Origin: Eledone cirrhosa
Lineage: Eukaryota
Assembly: GCA_964016885.1 (NCBI GenBank)
Contig: OZ024766.1
Coordinates: 6,448,001 to 6,512,000 of the forward strand
Length of the DNA stretch: 64,000 bases
Direction: 5' to 3'
Made by a program: the position numbers and the translations under genes. Under the pieces are notes generated by a model, which was given only the letters and a program-made list of their open reading frames with translations, had not been told where the DNA came from and did not search any database. Shown piece by piece: positions 54,776 to 64,000 of the stretch. Each line of letters begins with the position of its first letter. The first letter of the stretch is position 1.

Positions 54776-55660
54776 TACAATATATATATTAAAAAAAATA
54801 TATATATATAATTCAATATATAAATTTAAAAAAAAAGAAATATATATATATAATACAATATATATATTAAAAAATATATATATATAATTCAATATATAAA
54901 TTAAAAAAAAAAGAAATATATATAATACAATATATATATTAAAAAAAATATATATATAATTCAATATATAAATTAAAAAAAAAGAAATATATATATATAA
55001 TACAATATATATATTAAAAAAAATATATGTATATATAAATATATATAATACAATATATATTAAAAAAAAAAATATATATATATATATAATACAATACATA
55101 TATTAAAAAAAAATATATATATTAAAAAAATATATATATATATATATGTTATATATAATACAATATATATATTAAAAAAAATATATATATGTGATATATA
55201 ATACAATATATATATAAAAAATATATATATATGTTATATATAATACAATATATATATTAAAAAAAATATATATATATATATAATACAATATATATTTAAA
55301 AAAAAAATATATATATATATATAATACAATATATATATAAAAAAAAAATATATATATATATAATACAATATATATATTAAAAAATATATATATATGTTAT
55401 ATATAATACAATATATATATAAAAAAAAATATATATATATAATACAATTAATACAATATATATATTAAAAAAAATATATATATATATATATATAATACAA
55501 TATATATATTTAAAAAAATATATATATATGTTATATATAATACAATATATATATAAAAAAAAATATATATATATATAATACTATATATATATTAAAAAAA
55601 ATATATATGTATATTTTATATATAATACAATATATATATTAAAATATATATATATATTAC
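54460..55660. repeat. Almost pure A/T minisatellite
   Basis: Repeating TAATACAATATATATATTAAAAAAAATATATATA units. Confidence 0.95.
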
Positions 55661-55773
55661 ATAAATATATTTATTACATATTTACATGTGTAAATATAAA
55701 CACTTATGTATACATTTCATCACCATCATTTAAAACTCATTTTCCCTGCAAGCAAATCTGGGATTATTTCTAC

Positions 55774-55817
<44 letters not shown>

Positions 55818-55878
55818 AATATACACAAATATATATATTTACTCTTGTTGGCTTTTATATATACATAACATACATGTG

Positions 55879-55911
<33 letters not shown>

Positions 55912-55915
<4 letters not shown>

Positions 55916-56116
55916 AAAAAGTATGACCCCGACGGCAGAGCTCAAGCCGTTTCGACGGCTATTTCGGCTATTTCTGAGTCCAGAAATAGCCATCGAAACG
56001 GCTTGAGCTCTGCCGTCGGGGGTCATACTTTTCCTATTTCCCACTCTACTACGCTAAGTATTGAGTACTTTGGTGCGTTATGGTCCACCTGGTTTTTTAC
56101 CACAATTTCTTTGTTA
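55912..56116. mobile_element. PLE-like family C fold-back copy
   Basis: Keeps helix II TTCGGCTATTTCTG agtc CAGAAATAGCC and GAAA-CGGC..GCCG-TC-GGGG but not the core heptamer. Confidence 0.75.
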
Positions 56117-56343
56117 TATATATATGTATATATATATATATATGCATACACACATATATATATATGTGTATATATTATATATATATATATATAATATATA
56201 TATATATCTGTGTGTGTGTATATATATATATATATATAATATATATATATATCTGTGTGTGTGTATATATATATATATATTTGTGTATATAAATATATTT
56301 GTGTGTATATATATATATACTTACACACATATATATATGTGTG

Positions 56344-56391
<48 letters not shown>

Positions 56392-57290
56392 CACACATCC
56401 CAAGGAACAATTATTTTCCCTTACATCTACTTGTAACATTAGACAGAAAAAGGGACCACTACACCACACCACTACACCACCACCACTATACCCCCACCAC
56501 CACTACACCCCCACCACCACTACACCACCACTACCACACCACCACCACTACACTACCACACCACCACCACTACACTACCACACCACCACCACTACACCAC
56601 CACTACCACTACACCACCACCACACCACTACACCACCACTACCACCACCACCACCACACCACCACCACTACACCACCACTACACCACCACCACTACACCA
56701 CCACTACACCACCACCACCACCACACCACCACACCACGCCACACCACACCACACCACCACCACACCACCACCACACCACACCACACCACACCACACCACA
56801 CCACCACCACACCACACCACACCACACCACACCACACCACACCACACCACCACCACACCACCACACCACACCACACCACACCACCACCACACCACACCAC
56901 ACCACACCACACCACACCACACCACACCACACCACACCACACCACACCACACCACACCACACCACACCACACCACACCACACCACACCACACCACACCAC
57001 ACCACACCACACCACACCACACCACACCACACCACACCACACCACCACCACACCACACCACACCACACCACACCACACCACCACCACACCACACCACACC
57101 ACACCACACCACACCACACCACACCACCACCACACCACCACACCACACCACACCACACCACCACCACACCACACCACATGTCATAGGAATTCCTTCTTGG
57201 TCTGTTAGCTAAGTTTAAGTTCCATTCTATAAATTGTGTCAGTTGATATCAGATGTTGGTTTATTGTGACACTGCTGTATATATATATAT

Positions 57291-57332
<42 letters not shown>

Positions 57333-57507
57333 GAATATATATACATGTATATATATATATACATGTATATATATACATGTATGTATGTATATATATATAT
57401 ATATATACATACATACATATGCATGTATATATATACATGTATATATATACATGTATATATATACATGTATGTATATATATACATGTATATATATGCATGT
57501 ATGTATA

Positions 57508-57545
<38 letters not shown>

Positions 57546-58133
57546 CATGTATATATATAACATGTATATATATATACATACATGTATATATATACATGTA
57601 TATATATACATACATGCATATATATACCATGTATATATATACATACATGCATATATATAACATGTATATATATACATACATGCATATATATAACATGTAT
57701 ATATATACATACATATATATAACAGGTATATATATACATACATACATATATATACATGTATATATATACATACATACATATATATACATGTATATATATA
57801 CATACATACATATATATACATGTATATATATACATACATGCATATATATACATGTTTATATATACATACATGCATATATATACATATATATATACATACA
57901 TGCATATATATACACATATATATATACATACATGCATATATATACATATATATATATATACGTATATATATACATACATGCATATATATACATATATATA
58001 TATATACATACATGCATATATATACATACATGCATATATATACATATATATATATATACATACATGCATATATATATACATATATATACATACATGCATA
58101 TATAACATGTATATATGCGTGGATACGTACACC

Positions 58134-58164
<31 letters not shown>

Positions 58165-58203
58165 TCCAAATATTAACAAAATAGATATTCTTGTGATCAA
58201 GTA

Positions 58204-58270
58204 TATTTTATTATACATATTTCAGAGGTACTGAGTTAAGTTCAACAGTACGTCCTCATCAGATAAAATA
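58204..58270 (-). ncRNA. Type I hammerhead ribozyme, family A variant
   Basis: Minus: TATTTTAT-CTGATGA-GGACGTACTG...CAGTACCTCT-GAAA-TATGTA-TA-ATAAAATA. Confidence 0.85.
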
Positions 58271-58673
58271 AGATGATGCATGACATACCCTGAAAATAAT
58301 ATTAATTAACTCTGGAAAATTTTTTACTGTAGAGTGCTTCCTATCTATTGTAAAACTCATTCTTTGATGTACTCATTGAATCTTGTTTAACTCTTAAATA
58401 TATATATATATATATACACTCACACACACATCTTTCTTTCTCTCTCTCTCTTTATCCCCCTCCCCTTCTCCCCTCCCCCTCTCGACAGCTAGATCTGAAC
58501 TGTTCAGATCTAGCTGTCAAAACAGCCGGAGCTCAGCTGTTGGGGTCCTGACTCTCTTCCTATATATATATATATGTAATGAAATATCTATGATCGTCGG
58601 CAAATCACTGATGAGGGACTTATTTTATTACATGTTATCCATGTGCTACCAGCAGTATTCTTCTCCCCATTTT

Positions 58674-58724
<51 letters not shown>

Positions 58725-58727
<3 letters not shown>

Positions 58728-59180
58728 GGCAAAGGAGCTCTTCAGAGTCAATGGCCATCCAAAATCACCGGCAGAGATGACCCCTTAGCCTTTGTCAAGG
58801 CAGAATTCTAGGAGAAGGAAAACTCTGATATAACACCTGCAACCCTGATGGTATCCAATGATGTTGACTTGTTCTTCTTTTTGGTAAATATCATCTTGGT
58901 TAAGAGAGTGGGACTGGCTTTGTGCAGTGCCTTTGCTCACTATAAAAGCTTCATGGCACAGGCATTGCTTTATATCTGGAGATCTCTCTGCACTTGTCGT
59001 CACATGGTACCATGGGCCCAGCACTATGTGTCAATAATTGTCACAGGTGTAGTGTTTGTACCAGAGTTTTCAAGTCGCTGGCTGGACTAAAAAGTCACAC
59101 TCGTTCAGCGCATCGGTAGGGGTTCTCCTACATGGATATAAAGTAGTGGCCGTACTCGAAAACGAGTTGGCAGCCACCAT
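58725..59180 (+). mobile_element. Probable internally deleted RTE-derived element ending in a C2H2 zinc-finger remnant
   Basis: 59048-59119 reads CSVCTRVFKSLAGLKSHTRSAHR-stop, followed by hairpin CTCG aaaa CGAG. Flanked by (TA)n. Confidence 0.5.
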
Positions 59181-59258
59181 ATATATATGTATATATATAT
59201 ATATAGTGTTTAGTATAGAAATGGCTTCAAGAGGACTAGATCTGTTTCATTCGAAGGG

Positions 59259-59306
59259 CTTTCCTGATGATTTCCTTCGAATGAAACAGTTCTAGTCCTG
59301 TAGAAG
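59259..59306 (+). ncRNA. Type I hammerhead ribozyme, family D
   Basis: TTC-CTGATGA-TTTC cttc GAAT-GAAA-CAG ttctagtc CTG-TA-GAAG. Inverted partial arm at ~59210-59257, tail to ~59375. Confidence 0.7.
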
Positions 59307-59460
59307 TAATTTCTATATTAAATATTTATACTCTGCTATGTATTGAGTACCTTACTTACTCTGGTTACCCAGGATACACACAAACACATATATGTGTATA
59401 TATATATAATACAATATATATATATTAAAAAAACATATATGTGTGTGATGTGTGTGTCTT

Positions 59461-61135
59461 AGAACCAGGAGTGTTTGGAACATAACATAACATAGGTTCT
59501 TACATAAAATTATGTTGGAATGTTTTTAGATAAATATAAACACTTTATAGCAAAGTTTTGTATCATAGAACCAGGGGTGTTTGGAACATAACTTAACAAA
59601 GGTTCTTACATAAAATTATGTTGGAATGTTTTTAGATAAATATAAACACTTTATAGCAAAGTTTTGTATCATAGAACCAGGGGTGTTTGGAACATAACTT
59701 AACAAAGGTTCTTACATAAAATTATGTTGGAATGTTTTTAGATAAATATAAACACTTTATAGCAAAGTTTTGTATCATAGAACCAGGGGTGTTTGGAACA
59801 TAACTTAACAAAGGTTCTTACATAAAATTATGTTGGAATGTTTTTAGATAAATATAAACACTTTATAGCAAAGTTTTGTATCATAGAACCAGGGGTGTTT
59901 GGAACATAACTTAACAAAGGTTCTTACATAAAATTATGTTGGAATGTTTTTAGATAAATATAAACACTTTATAGCAAAGTTTTGTATCATAGAACCAGGG
60001 GTGTTTGGAACATAACTTAACAAAGGTTCTTACATAAAATTATGTTGGAATGTTTTTAGATAAATATAAACACTTTATAGCAAAGTTTTGTATCATAGAA
60101 CCAGGGGTGTTTGGAACATAACTTAACAAAGGTTCTTACATAAAATTATGTTGGAATGTTTTTAGATAAATATAAACACTTTATAGCAAAGTTTTGTATC
60201 ATAGAACCAGGGGTGTTTGGAGCATAACATAACAAAGGTTCTTACATAAAATTATGTTGGAATGTTTTTAGATAAATATAAATATTTCAAAACAAACAGA
60301 TTTATAGCATAGAATCAGGTGTGTTTGGAACATAACTTAACAAAGGTTCTTACATAAAATTATGTTGGAATGTTTTTAGATAAATATAAACACTTTATAG
60401 CAAAGTTTTGTATCATAGAACCAGGGGTGTTTGGAGCATAACATAACAAAGGTTCTTACATAAAATTATGTTGGAATGTTTTTAGATAAATATAAATATT
60501 TCAAAACAAACAGATTTATATCATAGAATCAGGTGTGTTTGGAACATAACTTAACAAACGTTCTTACATAAAATTATGTTGGAAGGTTTTTAGATAAATA
60601 TAAACACTTTAACCCTTTCGTTACCATATTTCTAATGAAAGACACTGTTGGTGTTTGGAACATAACTTAACAAAGATTCTTACATAAAATCACACTGGAA
60701 TATTTTTAGATAAATATAAACACTTTAACCATTTCGTTACCATATTTCTAATGAAAGACACTGTTGGTATTTGGAACATAACTTAACAAAGATTCTTACA
60801 TAAAATCACACTGGAATATTTTTAGATAAATATAAACACTTTAACCATTTCGTTACTATATTTCTAATGAAAGACACTGTTGATGTTTGGAACATAACTT
60901 AACAAAGATTCTTACATAAAATCACACTGGAATATTTTAAGATAAATATAAACACTTTAACCATTTCGTTACCATATTTCTAATGAAAGACACTGTTGGT
61001 GTTTGGAACATAACTTAACAAAGATTCTTAAATAAATATCAACACTTTAAAACAAACAGTTTTCTATCATAGAACCACGAGTGTTTGGAACATAACATAA
61101 CAAATGTTCTTACATAAAACTATATTGGAATGTTG
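59461..61135. repeat. Tandem array of 106-108-bp units switching to 116-bp units
   Basis: AGAA(C/T)CAGG at 59461, 59567 ... 60203, 60311, 60417, 60525. TTAACC(C/A)TTTCGTTAC at 60609, 60725, 60841, 60957. Confidence 0.92.
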
Positions 61136-61383
61136 AAACCCAGCTGGTTATATAATTGCTTTCAGCTCTGCTATATCTGTTTGCTAATTTTCGTTGTTTA
61201 TTTTATGATACTACTAACTTCCTGTTTTGTGTGTAATCCTGTATAATATTATGTTCTTATCTTCTAAGGTTTTTCCTATCTAATTTTCTTTTTATTTTTG
61301 TTGCCTCTGCTGTTGGAATAATACATTGCAATTATATATATATACATATATATATATATATTATATATTTATATATTTATATT

Positions 61384-61443
<60 letters not shown>

Positions 61444-61478
61444 ATCGTTTAACGTCCATCTTCCACGCTTGCATGGGT

Positions 61479-61509
<31 letters not shown>

Positions 61510-61560
61510 TTATACATATATATATATACATATATATATATTTATACAAATATATATACA

Positions 61561-61592
<32 letters not shown>

Positions 61593-61713
61593 CATATATA
61601 TATATATACACATATATATATATAGATATATATATATAGATATATATATATACATATATATATATATACATATATATACATATATATATACATATATACA
61701 TATATATATATAC

Positions 61714-61744
<31 letters not shown>

Positions 61745-61799
61745 CATACATATATATATACACACACACATATATATATACATACATATATATACACAC

Positions 61800-61855
<56 letters not shown>

Positions 61856-61860
61856 TATAC

Positions 61861-61895
<35 letters not shown>

Positions 61896-61970
61896 CATAT
61901 ATAGATATATATACATATATATATACATATATAGATATATATACATATATATATATACATATATATATAT

Positions 61971-62084
<114 letters not shown>

Positions 62085-62354
62085 TATATATATATACACA
62101 CACATATATATATATATATACACACATCAGCATACGGGTATGTACACATGGTTGTTATCTTTCCTTTATCAGCACCACACCACTGACACCCCCACCACTG
62201 AAACCTCCACCACACCACTGATACCTTCACCACACCACTGACACCTCCACCACACCACTACAGCACTACCCCTGTCTACCTTGATAGAAAAGTAGTTTCA
62301 TTGATTAGATTCATGTGGGTTTGAATGGTGAATATATATGTATGTATATATATG

Positions 62355-62389
<35 letters not shown>

Positions 62390-62430
62390 GTATATATATG
62401 TATATATATATGTATATATGTATATGTATA

Positions 62431-62477
<47 letters not shown>

Positions 62478-62836
62478 ATATATATATATATATATGTGTG
62501 TATATATATATATATATGTATATGTATGTATGTATATATATATGTATATGTATGTATATATGTATGTATATATATATGTATATATATATGTATATATATA
62601 TATGTATATATATATGTGTCTGTATATATATATATGTATGTATATATGTATGTATATATATATGTATATATATATGTATATATGTGTCTGTATATATATA
62701 TATGTATATATATATGTATATATATATATGTATATATATATGTGTATGTGTGTGTCTATATATGTGTATATATATGTGTGTGTGTGTGTGTATATATGTG
62801 TATATATATATATATATATGTGTGTATATATATATA

Positions 62837-62879
<43 letters not shown>

Positions 62880-62889
62880 ATGTATTATA

Positions 62890-62922
<33 letters not shown>

Positions 62923-63803
62923 GTGTATGTATTATATATATGTTTGTGTGTATGTATTATATATATGTTTGTGTGTATGTGTATATATATACATGTGTGC
63001 GTGTATGGATATATATGTGTGCGTGTATGTATATATATGTGTGTGTGTATATATGTGTGTGTATATATGTGTGTGTATGTATATATATATGTGTGTATAT
63101 ATATATGTATGCATATATATATGTGTGTGTGTATATATATATATATGTGTGTGTCTGTATATATATATATGTATATATATATATACAGACACACACACAC
63201 ATATATATGTGCATACATATATATATACATATATATATACATACATATATACATGTATATATGTATGTATATATATGTGTGTGTCATCATCATCATCATC
63301 ACTGTTTTACGTCCGTTCTTCGACGCTAGCATGGGTTAGACGGGTTGTCCTGTTGTGGGCAGTGTCCGGTCGGCTGACCTTGTCTTGCTCATACAGGAAC
63401 TGATTCTGGCTTGATTTCTACAGCTGGATGCCCTTCCTAACACCAACCTCATTTACAGTGAGTGGTGGGTGCTTTTTTGCCGTGGCACATCCACGACCAC
63501 TTTGCAGTGGAATGATAGGGACCCCAGTCCTTATCATCTCATTTCTACAGCTGGATGCCCTTCCTAACACCAACCTCATTTACAGTGAGTGGTGGGTGCT
63601 TTTTTGCCGTGGCACATCCACGACCACTTTGCAGTGGAATGATAGGGACCCCAGTCCCCTATCATCTCATTTCTACAGCTGAGTAAACTGGAGCAATGTG
63701 AAATAAAGTGTCTTGCTCAAGGAAGCAACACATCACCCGGTCTGAGAATTGAACTCGCAACCTTTCGATTGCAAGGCCAATGTTCTAACCACTAAGCCAT
63801 GTG

Positions 63804-63987
<184 letters not shown>

Positions 63988-64000
63988 TATGTCTGTCAAA

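Overview
Eukaryotic, extremely repeat-rich window: (TA)n/(CA)n/(CT)n/(CAC)n microsatellites, minisatellites and transposon debris. The repeat families look like a cephalopod (octopus-type) genome, which is an inference. I find no supportable host gene, and almost every ORF in the track is a translation of simple repeats. The real coding remnants are a 5'-truncated Penelope-like element (PLE) with a GIY-YIG endonuclease (21995-23029, minus, split by a SINE with a 16-bp TSD), several RTE-clade LINE 3' fragments and one CR1/L2-type fragment. The main hidden signal is structured RNA. By manual count there are about 24 type-I hammerhead ribozyme (HHR) motifs with intact cores, plus degenerate or half copies. 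They belong to at least 6 short PLE-like families that mostly sit in (TA)n tracts and often form fold-back structures with a one-sided tail. Notable variants are a U3-A8 compensated-core HHR whose 5' half is amplified into a ~40-copy 30-bp minisatellite, an HHR with a ~105-nt helix II domain in the PLE 3' region, palindromic helix III sequences suited to dimeric cleavage, and a recurring pyrimidine mismatch at base pair 4 of helix II. The window also holds modular tRNA-headed SINEs that share 3' ends with RTE LINEs, and a small Helitron-like element.
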